DNA of 64,000 nucleotides from Candidatus Iainarchaeum sp. (GTDB lineage: Archaea; Micrarchaeota; Micrarchaeia; Anstonellales; Bilamarchaeaceae). The translations under genes and the position numbers were made by a program. Every line of letters begins with the position of its first letter. Position 1 is the first letter of the stretch. The stretch is taken from NCBI GenBank assembly GCA_028714535.1, contig JAQTME010000001.1, positions 1,270 through 65,269 of the forward strand, given 5' to 3'. This document shows, one piece after another, positions 16,224 to 26,134 of this stretch. Under the pieces are notes generated by a model. The model was not told the origin of the DNA and ran no database searches. It worked only from the letters and a program-made list of their open reading frames with translations.

Positions 16224-16729
16224 GCTGCACCAAGCAGTGCCTTCAGCCTTGGCGCCACTGACATCGCTATTGCGCCGCAGAGGAGGTTTTCCGCAAGCAG
16301 AGTGAGCGCGATGCCTGCGACAACCATGCCTGGCATGCCAATGAGGAAGATGTCCGTGGCGGCGAGCCAGGGCAGCTGGACGGCATATGCGGCCACGGCA
16401 GCCTTGACAGGGTGCATCCGCGTGTAGAAATACGCAGCGGCGAATCCAAGTATCGCGTTGCCGGCGAGCACGTACGGGTTGTGGAGCACGATGAGCCCGG
16501 ACCAGGACGATGCGAGCGCGCCGACGGCGGCGCCGGCGAACGGCCCGAAGACGAACGAGGCGGTGAAGACCGCTGCCTGGAAGAAGTGCAGCCGCCATTC
16601 CATGAACGGCACGACCGCAAAGGCGAGCGCGAACGCCACCACCGCAAGCGAGACGAGCGCAGTCGCGCTGGCGAAAGAATTGACCGGCAGGAATTTATTG
16701 TCGTAGAATTCCATCTCCACACCTCTCAT
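16220..16729 (-). CDS. polytopic membrane protein, possibly a small substrate-capture or ECF-S-like component
   Basis: Five or six predicted TM helices. Its stop overlaps the PRTase start by 4 nt (ATGA). Confidence 0.5.
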   Translation of the reverse strand: MRGVEMEFYDNKFLPVNSFASATALVSLAVVAFALAFAVVPFMEWRLHFFQAAVFTASFVFGPFAGAAVGALASSWSGLIVLHNPYVLAGNAILGFAAAYFYTRMHPVKAAVAAYAVQLPWLAATDIFLIGMPGMVVAGIALTLLAENLLCGAIAMSVAPRLKALLGAA

Positions 16730-16777
16730 GGGATAAGGAGGGGCATTATTTTAAAAGTAGCCGCACAAGCTCTAACC

Positions 16778-17458
16778 ATGCGCGTCGTACTTTCAATAGG
16801 CGGAAGCACAATAAATCCCGAGGGCAAGCCATCGCTGGAGTTCCTGCGGGCCATCTCCAAGATGATAAAGGAGAGCAGGAGCGAGTTCGGCATACTGACA
16901 GGCGGCGGCTCCATAGCGCGCGTATATGCGAACGCTGCGCGGGAATTGGGCGCGAACGAATACGAGGCCGACGCAATCGGCATAACCTCAACGCGGCAGA
17001 ACGCGCAGCTGCTCGTAACCGCGCTCTCAGGCGCGGGCGTGGACGTGTACAGGCACGTCCTCACTGATTTCGAGGAGGCCAAAGGCAGGAGGAACAAGGT
17101 CGTGGTCATGGGCGGGACCATACCGGGCATAACCACTGACACTGACGCGGTCCTTCTCGCAGAGGCGATGGGGGCGACAAGGCTCGTGAACATCAGCAAC
17201 GTGGAAGGGATCTACGACACGAATCCGAAGAAGAACCCCAAGGCGAAGAAATTCGCGAAGATGACATACAACGAGCTGATAAAGCTCGCCGCGGAGAACG
17301 ACAGCAGGTCAGCTGGCACGCACTTCGTGTTCGACATGCTCGCATGCAAGCTCATCGCGCGTTCCAAGGTGGAGACGCACTTCGTCTCCGGCGACAGCCT
17401 GGAGAACATAAAGAACGCCATAGAGGGGAAGAAGCACAACGGCACCGTAGTCCGCTAG
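16778..17458 (+). CDS. pyrH: uridylate kinase, archaeal type
   Basis: MRVVLSIGGS... amino-acid kinase fold typical of archaeal UMP kinase. The listed ORF start at 16412 is upstream read-through. Confidence 0.85.
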   Translation: MRVVLSIGGSTINPEGKPSLEFLRAISKMIKESRSEFGILTGGGSIARVYANAARELGANEYEADAIGITSTRQNAQLLVTALSGAGVDVYRHVLTDFEEAKGRRNKVVVMGGTIPGITTDTDAVLLAEAMGATRLVNISNVEGIYDTNPKKNPKAKKFAKMTYNELIKLAAENDSRSAGTHFVFDMLACKLIARSKVETHFVSGDSLENIKNAIEGKKHNGTVVR

Positions 17459-17488
17459 AAAAGGGCAGGTGCCGGAAAATAGAAAGAA

Positions 17489-18214
17489 TCATGCGCCCTT
17501 CAGGTATTTGGCGACTTCCTTGTCCGAGAGGGTGAGCGCCTTCTTGCCCTTGAGCGGGATGTATGATATCTCCACGTTCTCGGCCTGGAGCTTCTCCTCC
17601 TGGGTCGTGCGGATGGATTCCAGGGCTATCTTTATGGCCTCTTCGACCGTGAGCGTGTCCCGGTAGTTCTTCTCGAGGATGTCGTCGACTTCCTTCTTGT
17701 TCGCGCCGATTGAATCGGCCTTGTAGGCCGTCATCGCGCCGCTGGGCTCTGCCTCGAAGAGCTTCGGGCCCTGGCTGTCCACGCCTGCGATGAGCAGCGA
17801 CACGCCGAACGGCCTGATTCCGCCGTATTGGGTGTATACCTGCATCAGGTCGCAGACGCTGCGCGCTATCGATTCCACGCTGGGCATCTCGCTGTAGGTT
17901 ATCCTGTGCCTCTGCGCGTCCACACGCGCCACGTCGACGAGCCTTCTGGCATCGGCGATGAGGCCGCTGGCCGTCACGCAGATGTGCGAGTCGACCTGGA
18001 ATATCTTCTTGAGCGACTCAGGGACGACGAGCTTGGTGTGGATGGATTTGAAGGCGACGAGCGCCACTCCGTCCTTGGCAGTTATGCCGACGGCGGTCGC
18101 GCCGCGCTTGACTGCCTCCTTGGCATATTCCACCTGGAAAAGCCTGCCGTCAGGGCTGAATACCGTAATCGCTCTGTCATACGCTTGGGGGGAAACACCG
18201 TACATATCTTGCAC
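17489..18214 (-). CDS. psmA: proteasome alpha subunit
   Basis: YDRAITVFSPDGRLFQVEYA N-terminal motif, 241 aa. Confidence 0.95.
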   Translation of the reverse strand: MQDMYGVSPQAYDRAITVFSPDGRLFQVEYAKEAVKRGATAVGITAKDGVALVAFKSIHTKLVVPESLKKIFQVDSHICVTASGLIADARRLVDVARVDAQRHRITYSEMPSVESIARSVCDLMQVYTQYGGIRPFGVSLLIAGVDSQGPKLFEAEPSGAMTAYKADSIGANKKEVDDILEKNYRDTLTVEEAIKIALESIRTTQEEKLQAENVEISYIPLKGKKALTLSDKEVAKYLKGA

Positions 18215-18277
18215 CTCTAATGAGAATGGATAGATTATTCAGGTTGGATTTAAATAGTTGCGCCGGGCGCTGAGGCA

Positions 18278-18727
18278 CTAGGGTCGGGCAGCAGTCGGAT
18301 CCTTTAGGAGTTGCCCGGCTCCTTCGGAGTCGTACCTGTAATAAATAACGAAAAATTCAAGCATGTTAAGCCGGGGGCTCAGCAAGGACTTCAGCACGGT
18401 GTCGTCATCCTGCTTGCAGCGCGTGCAAATCTTGATTTCCATCTTTCCCCGCCTGACAAGATAGGCGAGCGGCGCGTCCTTTCCCTTGCAGCTCCCGGGG
18501 CCGGCACGGCAGTCCTGGCATTGGCAGCCCCATTCAACCAGTTTGGATTTGCGGGCTGCGCGGCATGGCTCCATGCACGCCGGCTCGGCCATATTTTTTC
18601 CTGCGAAACATTTGGCCGAACACCTGAGACTGGGGACCCCTCTGCAGTTTTTTCTTTGATTTGGGAAATGCCTGGTGTTCATCCGATCAGTGTTGTTAAG
18701 CATGGCTGAAACGGTATTTAAACACAC
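18278..18727 (-). CDS. Cys-rich hypothetical protein
   Basis: At least 12 Cys, including C-x-C-x2-C clusters. The true start may be the internal Met at about 18592 (MAEPACMEPC...). Confidence 0.3.
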   Translation of the reverse strand: MCLNTVSAMLNNTDRMNTRHFPNQRKNCRGVPSLRCSAKCFAGKNMAEPACMEPCRAARKSKLVEWGCQCQDCRAGPGSCKGKDAPLAYLVRRGKMEIKICTRCKQDDDTVLKSLLSPRLNMLEFFVIYYRYDSEGAGQLLKDPTAARP

Positions 18728-18733
18728 GCCTCG

Positions 18734-19618
18734 CTACATCGCCTTGAGGCGCTTTATCCTGTCGTCTATGGGCGGGTGCGTCGCCAGCAGCAGGCTCATC
18801 TTGCCCGGGAAGGGATTGGCGAAATACAGCGACGCGGTTGTGTCGGTAGCCCCTTTTGTAGGGATGTTGGCAGCGCGTATCTTCTCCAGCGCGCTCGCAA
18901 GGCCTGGCGGATACCTTGTCAGCTTCGCGCCGCTGGCGTCGGCCAGGTATTCGCGCTCGCGCGATATCGCGAAGCGCACCAGCTCGGCGAATATGGGCGC
19001 GAGTATCATGAACACGAGCGCGACGAGGATGAGGGCTCCGCCTCCCTTGCGGTCGCTGCGCCCGCCGCCGAAGAACATGGAGCGCCAGGCGAACTCGCCC
19101 AGGAGGGCTATCGCGCCTGCGAACACGACTGCCATCATGGAGAAGCGGATGTCGAAATTGGCGACGTGCGACATCTCGTGCGCCACCACGCCCTCCAGCT
19201 CCTCTCGCTTCATCATTGAGAGCAGCCCTGTCGTGACCGCGACCGACGCGTGCTGCGGGTCGCGGCCGGTCGCGAACGCGTTCGGGCTGGGGTCTTCGAC
19301 TATGTATACCTTCGGCGTGGGTATGGACGACGCTATGGCCATGCCCTCCACTATGTTATAGAGGAACGGCTGCTCCTTGGCCGTGACCTCCTTTGCGCCG
19401 CTGAGCGCCAGGATGACCCTGTCGCCCTGGTAATACACGACCAACGTATAGAAGAGCAGGAAGCCGAATCCGAGCGCAGGGCCGCAGACGCCAAGGTCGA
19501 AGACGTATGAAAGGGCCGCCATCATGCCGATGAAAAGCGCGAACATGATGGCGATGAAGATGAACGTGTTGCGCTTGTTAGCCTCTGCGGCATCGAAGAA
19601 GCTTACGTGCTCAGGCAT
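18734..19618 (-). CDS. htpX: zinc metalloprotease HtpX
   Basis: N-terminal TM helices and HEMSHV zincin motif, peptidase M48 family. Confidence 0.9.
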   Translation of the reverse strand: MPEHVSFFDAAEANKRNTFIFIAIMFALFIGMMAALSYVFDLGVCGPALGFGFLLFYTLVVYYQGDRVILALSGAKEVTAKEQPFLYNIVEGMAIASSIPTPKVYIVEDPSPNAFATGRDPQHASVAVTTGLLSMMKREELEGVVAHEMSHVANFDIRFSMMAVVFAGAIALLGEFAWRSMFFGGGRSDRKGGGALILVALVFMILAPIFAELVRFAISREREYLADASGAKLTRYPPGLASALEKIRAANIPTKGATDTTASLYFANPFPGKMSLLLATHPPIDDRIKRLKAM

Positions 19619-19624
19619 GCGCCG

Positions 19625-20194
19625 TCACTCGAACTTGACCTTCACTGCCGCCTTCTCGGCCTGCGGGACCTCGAAATACGGCTTCACCTTGAAGCCGAGC
19701 ATGCCGGCGATGATGTTGCTCGGGAACATCTGGATGGCGTTGTCGAAGTCAAGCACCGAGTCGTTGTAGGCGGTGCGGACGTAGGATATCTTGTTCTCTG
19801 TGCCTGCCAGCTCGTCCTGGAGCATCTTGAAGTTCTCGTTGGCCTTGAGGTTCGGGTAGTTCTCAGCGACCGCGAATATGGACTTGAGCGCCTGGCTGAG
19901 CTTGTTGTTCGCCTGCGCCTTCTCCTCCACGCTGCCGCTCACGAGCTGGGCGCGGAGCTTTGTGATGTCGGTGAGCGTGCCCCTCTCGTGCTTCATGTAG
20001 CCCTTGACCGTCTCGATGAGGTTGGGGATGAGGTCGTACCTCCTCTTGAGCTGTACGTCTATCTGCGCCCACATGTTGTCCACGCGGTTCCTCAGCGTGA
20101 TGAGCCTGTTATAGGTAAGCGCCACGTATGCCAGCACGAGCAGCACCAGGCCGCCTATGCACAATCCAGCTACCAATGCGAGTTCAAGAGCCAT
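19625..20194 (-). CDS. lemA: LemA family protein
   Basis: N-terminal TM helix plus the conserved LemA region (LTYNRLITLRNRVDNMWAQIDVQLKRRYDLIPNL). Confidence 0.8.
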   Translation of the reverse strand: MALELALVAGLCIGGLVLLVLAYVALTYNRLITLRNRVDNMWAQIDVQLKRRYDLIPNLIETVKGYMKHERGTLTDITKLRAQLVSGSVEEKAQANNKLSQALKSIFAVAENYPNLKANENFKMLQDELAGTENKISYVRTAYNDSVLDFDNAIQMFPSNIIAGMLGFKVKPYFEVPQAEKAAVKVKFE

Positions 20195-20246
20195 CAGAAT
20201 TCACCGTCAGCAATAGCCCAGACAGAATTTTTAAGCCTATTCCCGC

Positions 20247-20495
20247 CTACCTGCGTGTTTCGAGGAAAGCCGCCCAGTCGGGCTCGCTGATGCCGATTTC
20301 GATGCGCTTGCGGCGGGATGTGAGGCCTGAGGCGATGCGCACGGGAGCGCCGAGCAGCTTGGAGAGCTCTTTCACGAGCTCCAGGTTCGCCTTGTTGCCC
20401 TCGGCTGCGCTCTTCAGGAAGATTTTCACCTTGCCGTCCTTGAAGGAAACGGAAAAACGCCCGGATTTGGGCACAGCGGTGACGTCTGCGATCAT
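20247..20495 (-). CDS. DUF167 (YggU-like) protein
   Basis: EGNKANLELVKELSKLLG... resembles DUF167. I chose the start that overlaps the upstream stop by 4 nt (ATGA). Confidence 0.55.
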   Translation of the reverse strand: MIADVTAVPKSGRFSVSFKDGKVKIFLKSAAEGNKANLELVKELSKLLGAPVRIASGLTSRRKRIEIGISEPDWAAFLETRR

Positions 20496-21358
20496 ATGAG
20501 GATGAGGCTCCTTGCGAAGAGCAGCGACAGCACCATGCCGACGAGTATGAAGGGCAGGAATGGGGGCAGCTTGGTGTATACCCACAGGTCCGTCACCTTC
20601 GTCCTCTTCAGGCGCTCAAGCTCTGACGCGGTCACCACGCGCTGTATCTTGTAGCGCTCGATGAGGTCCTTGTTCATTATCTCCATGGCCAGGACGTCCT
20701 CGGGCTGTATCTGCGCCAGCGGGAGCTCCTCTGCCAGGAGCATGTTGAGCGACTCCCTGAACATCAGGAAGAATATCGTGGCGAACAACAGCGCCGATAT
20801 GAACGCGAAATAGACCGGCGAGAATATGAACGAATTGACGTAGACGTAGGCGAACAGGAGGTAGGGGATGAACATGAGCCCGTAGAGCAGGTTCGGCTTC
20901 ACCTCGGGCTCCTGGCTGAGCCTCCATCCGAACCAGCCCATGACGTAGAGCGCGAACAGCACGCCCGAGAATATGAACACAGAGAACACGAACGGCATGT
21001 TGAACGGCATGCCGACGAACGAGGGGTGCACAGGCAGGAGCAGCATCACCGACGCCAGGACGAACACGTCTGCGCCGCCGAGCTGGCCGACGCGGTAGAA
21101 CACGTATCCGACGGCTGAGAAGAACACGGCCACGGCCAGAGAGAACCAGAACAGGTCCTGTTGGTAGAATATGATGTTGACGAGCAGTGCGAGCACCAGG
21201 AACGCATAGAGGAACTCGTTTGGCACGTTCTTCTTGTTGAACAGGTCGTAGTAGGCCGCCACGCCAGTGCCTACGAAGGCGATAATAAGGCGTATGAGTT
21301 CTCCGGGCATCACAAGCTTGCCGAATATGACTTCCTCTAACATAGGCCTATACCTCAA
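20492..21358 (-). CDS. A24-family aspartic peptidase (archaeal prepilin/preflagellin peptidase-like, PibD/FlaK)
   Basis: Polytopic membrane protein with a first Asp context (AAYYDL) and a second catalytic-type motif GGADVFV. Confidence 0.6.
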   Translation of the reverse strand: MRYRPMLEEVIFGKLVMPGELIRLIIAFVGTGVAAYYDLFNKKNVPNEFLYAFLVLALLVNIIFYQQDLFWFSLAVAVFFSAVGYVFYRVGQLGGADVFVLASVMLLLPVHPSFVGMPFNMPFVFSVFIFSGVLFALYVMGWFGWRLSQEPEVKPNLLYGLMFIPYLLFAYVYVNSFIFSPVYFAFISALLFATIFFLMFRESLNMLLAEELPLAQIQPEDVLAMEIMNKDLIERYKIQRVVTASELERLKRTKVTDLWVYTKLPPFLPFILVGMVLSLLFARSLILI

Positions 21359-21395
21359 ACCGAAAAATAGAATAATGGCAACTGTTTAAAAAGCG

Positions 21396-23057
21396 CTATT
21401 TCGGCGCTGCGACGCCATAGGAGGCGATACGGAGCGCCAACGCCGCCAGGGGCGGAGGCACCATGGCGCGGCGCAGGATTTTGCCCAGCAGCGACACGTC
21501 CTCGCGCCTGAGGCATTTCATCAGGAGCGCAAGCAGGAAAAAGACGCCTGCGACAAACGCTGCCAGGAGGGCCAGGAACGAGAGGTAGACCGCCTTGTCG
21601 GCGATGGAGAACTGGACGCTGTCGGAAGGCTGCCAGAATATGCCGAGGGCGGAGAATGCGTGCGCCTTCAGCAGGGCCATGACAATGAAGGCTGCCGCGG
21701 CAGCAGCAAGCAGCTTCAGCGTCTCCGCAGGGAACTTGAAGCCGTACAGGACCCGGCCGTAATGGCGGTAGAGCAGCAGGAGCAGCGTGAAGCTGAGCAG
21801 GGACGCCAGGGCCGCGCCCTCCATGCCGAAGCCGGGGATGAGCAGGATGCAGAGGATGACGTTGGCTACCGCAGCCGCGGCTGAAATCCTGAGCTCAAGG
21901 CCCACCTGCCTGAGGGCTGCCAGCGCCATGGAGACCAGGTAGGCGAAGCCGTTCATCATTATGCCTAGGGTGAATATGAACATCACGAGCCAGCCTGCCT
22001 GGTAGGCCTGGCCATAGAAGGCGCCGAGCAGCTCGGACGGGAGCGAGATCATGACAACGGTGACCGGAAGTATGATGAACAGGAGCCAGCGCTGGGCCGT
22101 GTCCATGGTGGAGCGCATCTGGTCCGTGTCGTCCTTGCCTGCCAGCCTCGACATCACAGGCAGGAACACGGAGCCTATGGCTGCGGGGAACATCACGAGC
22201 ACGGTGGCCAGCGTCGTCGATATCGAATAGACTGCGATGAGCTGGGTGGCCTGCGAAGGCGGGGCCAGGTAGCCCAGCAGGATGCGGTCCGAGGAGACCA
22301 GCAGCAGGTTCAGCGAGTAGATGGCGGTGAGCATGAGGCCGAACGGCACCACTTCGGTGAGCACGAAATGGAAGGACGGCATCGCCTCCTTCCCCACTGG
22401 CAGCGAACGCTCCTTGCGGGAGACTAGTAAGAAGCCCACGAGGACCACGAGCAGGTGGGTTATCAGGAAGGGCATCGCGATTGTCATGAAGGAAGCGCCG
22501 AAAAAGAAGAAGAATGCGATGGTGAGCACGAACTTGAGCAGGTTGTCCATGTTCAGGAGGAACTGCATCTGCTTTATGTCGCTGAGGCCGTTGAGGAACG
22601 AGTAGTTTATCCTGAATATGTTGTTCAGCAGCAGGAACAGAGAGACTATGCGCAGCGCGCCCGGCAGGAGCGGGTTCTGGTACATGGAGCCCAGCGTGTC
22701 GGCGCACAGCCAGATGGCGCCCACGAAAAGCACGCTCAGGAGCGTAACGGTGAGGTAGGCGTACTTGAGCAGGGCCCGGACCTTCCCGTGCTCGCCCCTG
22801 CCCTCGTAATAAGGCGTATACCTTATGAGCGAGGCCGGCAGCCCGAGGTCGCTGATTACTATGAAGGTGGTGACGACTGCCAATGACAGGTAGAACAGCC
22901 CGATGTCGTCCTGGGACGCCATCCTGGCTATGATTACGACGTAGAGGAAGGAGATGAACTTGTAGAACAGCCCGCCGAAAAGGCTCCAGAAGCTGCCCCT
23001 TGCCACTTCCTTGGAATGGGCGGACACGTCTTCCGCAACCATGTCTTCGCCGTCCAT
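21396..23057 (-). CDS. MOP-superfamily oligosaccharide flippase (Wzx-like polysaccharide biosynthesis protein)
   Basis: About 12-14 TM helices, which is typical Wzx/MATE-like topology. It is the first gene of the glycosylation island. I took the ATG at 23057 as the start. Confidence 0.7.
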   Translation of the reverse strand: MDGEDMVAEDVSAHSKEVARGSFWSLFGGLFYKFISFLYVVIIARMASQDDIGLFYLSLAVVTTFIVISDLGLPASLIRYTPYYEGRGEHGKVRALLKYAYLTVTLLSVLFVGAIWLCADTLGSMYQNPLLPGALRIVSLFLLLNNIFRINYSFLNGLSDIKQMQFLLNMDNLLKFVLTIAFFFFFGASFMTIAMPFLITHLLVVLVGFLLVSRKERSLPVGKEAMPSFHFVLTEVVPFGLMLTAIYSLNLLLVSSDRILLGYLAPPSQATQLIAVYSISTTLATVLVMFPAAIGSVFLPVMSRLAGKDDTDQMRSTMDTAQRWLLFIILPVTVVMISLPSELLGAFYGQAYQAGWLVMFIFTLGIMMNGFAYLVSMALAALRQVGLELRISAAAAVANVILCILLIPGFGMEGAALASLLSFTLLLLLYRHYGRVLYGFKFPAETLKLLAAAAAAFIVMALLKAHAFSALGIFWQPSDSVQFSIADKAVYLSFLALLAAFVAGVFFLLALLMKCLRREDVSLLGKILRRAMVPPPLAALALRIASYGVAAPK

Positions 23058-23058
23058 G

Positions 23059-23967
23059 TCAGCCGGCCCTCCTGCGCTCGGACGCCACAAGGCGCCTGAC
23101 GCCGTCCTCAAGGGATACCGATGAGCGGAAGCCCAGCCGCCTTTCCGCCAGGGACGTGTCCGCCAGCGTGTGGGCGACATAGTTCCTTATCCGGTTCGGC
23201 TGGTACACCGGCCTTATGGACGTGCCCAGCTCCGCGTTGAGCAGCCCGACCACGCGGTTGAACGTGGCCGCCTTACCTGTGCCGATGTTGAATATGCCGT
23301 GCTCCATGCATCCCAGCGCGAGCGTGTTCGCCTTCACCACGTCGTCCACGTGGATGAAGTCGCGCGTCTGCATGCCGTCGCCGAACAGCACCGGGCTCTC
23401 CCCGGCCTCCATGGCCCACATGAACTGGCTGATGGGATTCGCATACCTGCCCTTGGGGCGCTCGCCGGGGCCGTAGACGCTGAAATAGCGCAGGCCTGCC
23501 GAAGGGAGCGAGTAGAGGGAGTGATAGAGCTCTGCCAGCCGCTCCATCGCATAGCGCGCCTCTGTGTAGAAATCCGTTACCGCGATTGGCATGCCCTCGC
23601 GGTGCGGAGGCTCATTGCCGTTGTAGAGGGAGCTGGATGACGCAAAAACCAGGCGGCTGTCGTTCCTGCGCGCGTAGTCGAGGACCGCGAGCCAGTCTGC
23701 CAGCGCCCTGGCGACGAGCTGCGGGTTTTCCAGGTACATCGGCGACGAGGAATAGGTGCCGAGATGGAGCACCGCCTCGAATTTCCCCTTCATGCCTGCG
23801 ATTTTGCCTGCATCGCCTTCAATGGCCTTCACCTTTGCCGCTGCGATGCTGCTGCGGCTGCCGGTGTGCAGGTTGTCAAGCACACTGACATCATGCCCTT
23901 CGGCGACAAGGCGCGCGGCCGTGTGTGAGCCGATGAAGCCGAGGCCGCCGGTAACGAGTATCTTCAT
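23059..23967 (-). CDS. NAD-dependent sugar epimerase/dehydratase (extended SDR family)
   Basis: TGGLGFIGSH Rossmann motif and a YxxxK catalytic motif. Confidence 0.8.
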   Translation of the reverse strand: MKILVTGGLGFIGSHTAARLVAEGHDVSVLDNLHTGSRSSIAAAKVKAIEGDAGKIAGMKGKFEAVLHLGTYSSSPMYLENPQLVARALADWLAVLDYARRNDSRLVFASSSSLYNGNEPPHREGMPIAVTDFYTEARYAMERLAELYHSLYSLPSAGLRYFSVYGPGERPKGRYANPISQFMWAMEAGESPVLFGDGMQTRDFIHVDDVVKANTLALGCMEHGIFNIGTGKAATFNRVVGLLNAELGTSIRPVYQPNRIRNYVAHTLADTSLAERRLGFRSSVSLEDGVRRLVASERRRAG

Positions 23968-24003
23968 GAGAATTCAAGTGAGTTTGGGGCTCGCATAATT
24001 AAA

Positions 24004-24990
24004 TCATTTGCCCCTGTGGAGCTCAAGCAGCTCCTCAGCGAGCCTGAAGCGGCCCATGCCGTCCACCAGCTCGCTCAGCCTCGCAGACATGCGGTCGCGG
24101 GCCTGCTTGTCAGAGAGGAGCGCTTCGAGGGACATGGCGCCCTGCGGATCAAGGCCGCCTGCTGCGCCCAGCGAGAGCGCAAGGCCGTTCTTGGCCGCGT
24201 AATCTGACGCTGGCGATTCGCCTATGAGCGCGGTGGGCAGCGCGAAAAGCGCCGGCTCGCAGAGGGACTCCGGGCCTGTGATTGCGAAATCGCAGGCCGC
24301 AAGGCGCCTGGCGAGGTTGCCCTCGTTACGCATTGAATTGAAGCGCGGGTCCAGCCCTATCTCGCGGGCCAGCTCCTCGCCATCGCTCAGGACCGTCGCT
24401 GAGAACTGGCCAGGGAGCGACTTGAGCAGGCGCACCGCATCAAGGGCATGGTCCTGCCCGCTGAAGTATACGAGCAGGCGCCTAGCTTTTTCAGGATTGG
24501 CGCAGCGGAACTCCTGGAATTCGTCGAATTCTGGGGGGAGCAGGGCGAACTCGGTGCCCAGGAACAGCGCGCCGTCGCATGGGTATTCGGCCAGGTGCGC
24601 GTGGATGCTTGGGTCTATGAGCGCATGGGCGGCGTAGGATTTGAGGCGCACCGAATCGCCGAAGGCCGCGAGCGTCTTCACCTTCCCTGCGAGGGAGCTG
24701 AGGAAACCCTCGTCGGCGGCAGGCCTGTCCACCACGAGCATGTCTGCGCCTAGCTCGCCCACCTTCTCCGCCGTCGCATCAAGGTCCCAGGATGTCAGGG
24801 TGAGGTCGCCGAGCTGGGCGTGGGCGAAGCCGCAGCGCGCTATGGCCTGCGCGTCGCGGGCGTGCGAAAGGAACGTGATTTCGCAGGACGGGTCGCTTTC
24901 CTTCAGGCCTGATGCGAGCGCGAGGCAGCGCTGCAGGCGCCACGCGCCGGTTTTCGGGTCTGATTCTGCACGGAAGGCGATTTTCGGCAT
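24004..24990 (-). CDS. pseG: PseG-like UDP-sugar hydrolase (GT28 C-terminal-like fold)
   Basis: N-terminal MPKIAFRAESDPKTGAWRLQRCLALA resembles PseG (MKI.FRAD.S..IG.GHVMRCL.LA). It lies in the nonulosonate gene neighbourhood. Confidence 0.55.
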   Translation of the reverse strand: MPKIAFRAESDPKTGAWRLQRCLALASGLKESDPSCEITFLSHARDAQAIARCGFAHAQLGDLTLTSWDLDATAEKVGELGADMLVVDRPAADEGFLSSLAGKVKTLAAFGDSVRLKSYAAHALIDPSIHAHLAEYPCDGALFLGTEFALLPPEFDEFQEFRCANPEKARRLLVYFSGQDHALDAVRLLKSLPGQFSATVLSDGEELAREIGLDPRFNSMRNEGNLARRLAACDFAITGPESLCEPALFALPTALIGESPASDYAAKNGLALSLGAAGGLDPQGAMSLEALLSDKQARDRMSARLSELVDGMGRFRLAEELLELHRGK

Positions 24991-25000
24991 GGGAAGCGCC

Positions 25001-26134
25001 TCAGTATGTCTTTCTCCTGCCCAGGACGCTGTCCGCGGCGGCAAAGACCTCGTCCACGGTTATCAGCTTCATGCACTCGCCGTCGCACGGCCTGAACTCG
25101 TTGATGTGGACGTTTATCACAGGATGGCCGGGCGTCGGATGGTATATTGCGGTGTTGCGCCCCGGTGGGAACGGGCCGAAGCGCTCGGGCGTGTTCGGGC
25201 CGAAAAGGCCGATGGCCGGCACGCCCTGGGCCGCTGCGATGTGCATCGGGCCGGTGTCGTTGGACACCATAAGGTCGTACTGGCTTATCAGGTAGAAGAG
25301 CGTCGATGCTGCCATGTCAGGGAAATTGTACACGCCCCCCTTCCGTTTCAGCATCGATATTATCTCCTCGTTGCCTGCCGCCTCTGCGCCTGAGCCCGTG
25401 AGTATCACCGTGCAGTCGTACCTCGCGGTTATCCGGTCTATCAGCTCCGCGAACCGTTCCTTGGGCCACGCGCGCCACGGGGCGGTCGGGCCGCAGAACG
25501 CATGGATGCCGATGATGGGCTTGCCTCCCTTGGGCCTGATATTGTTTGCCTCGAAACGGAGGTCGGCGGCCTTGCGCGCTGCCTCGCCGTACCTCAGCCT
25601 GACCAGCTCCGCAGGCCTTGCCGCGATGCCCAGCGGCGAGAGCAGGTCGCAGAACGTGTAGACCACGTGCTGGCGGTCGTTGTAATGGACGTTGGCATCG
25701 TACAGCTTCGCGCGCTCGCCGTAATCGAAGCCGATTGAGCGCTTCCCCATGAAGAACGCGAGGATTGCGGAAATCGCGAAGTGCGGCTCGGTGTCCATGG
25801 CCAGGTCGTACCTCCACAAGCTGGCCAGCACAATGATCGGAAGCTGCCAGGTCCACACCGTCCTGCACTCGTCTATGAACGGCTGGGCGAAGAACACGTC
25901 GTAGTTGCGCCGGGTGCACAGGACGGTTATTTTAGCGTCCGGCCTCGCGTCCTTGAGCGCCTTGAGCAGGGGTAATGTGAGTATGGTCTCGCCGAGGCCC
26001 CAGAAGCGCAGGACAAGGATGCTTTTCGGCTGCTGGTCGAGCGGCTTTTTTTTCTTGAATACTGAAAGCAGCCTGCAGAAGAATGGCAGGATATTTTTCT
26101 CGACAAAGCGCTCTGCGCCGTAGAACAGGCTCAC
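25001..26134 (-). CDS. glycosyltransferase family 9 (ADP-heptose:acceptor heptosyltransferase-like)
   Basis: N-terminal ILVLRFWGLGETILTLPLLKAL is the GT9 hallmark. Its start overlaps the stop of the downstream hldE-like genes. Confidence 0.7.
   Translation of the reverse strand: MSLFYGAERFVEKNILPFFCRLLSVFKKKKPLDQQPKSILVLRFWGLGETILTLPLLKALKDARPDAKITVLCTRRNYDVFFAQPFIDECRTVWTWQLPIIVLASLWRYDLAMDTEPHFAISAILAFFMGKRSIGFDYGERAKLYDANVHYNDRQHVVYTFCDLLSPLGIAARPAELVRLRYGEAARKAADLRFEANNIRPKGGKPIIGIHAFCGPTAPWRAWPKERFAELIDRITARYDCTVILTGSGAEAAGNEEIISMLKRKGGVYNFPDMAASTLFYLISQYDLMVSNDTGPMHIAAAQGVPAIGLFGPNTPERFGPFPPGRNTAIYHPTPGHPVINVHINEFRPCDGECMKLITVDEVFAAADSVLGRRKTY

Noticed and set aside
16412-16777. 5' extension of the pyrH ORF (track start at 16412), and similarly of glmM (12494) and pseC (29152, GTG)
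   Set aside because: These upstream parts are read-through of the preceding gene on the other strand, or in-frame noise with low-complexity Arg/Glu-rich sequence. Conserved N-termini begin at the internal ATGs at 16778, 12938 and 29254.
21895-22707. 270-aa ORF in an alternative frame within the flippase gene
   Set aside because: Arg/His/Pro/Gly-rich junk translation. The TM-rich frame of 21396..23057 is clearly the real one.
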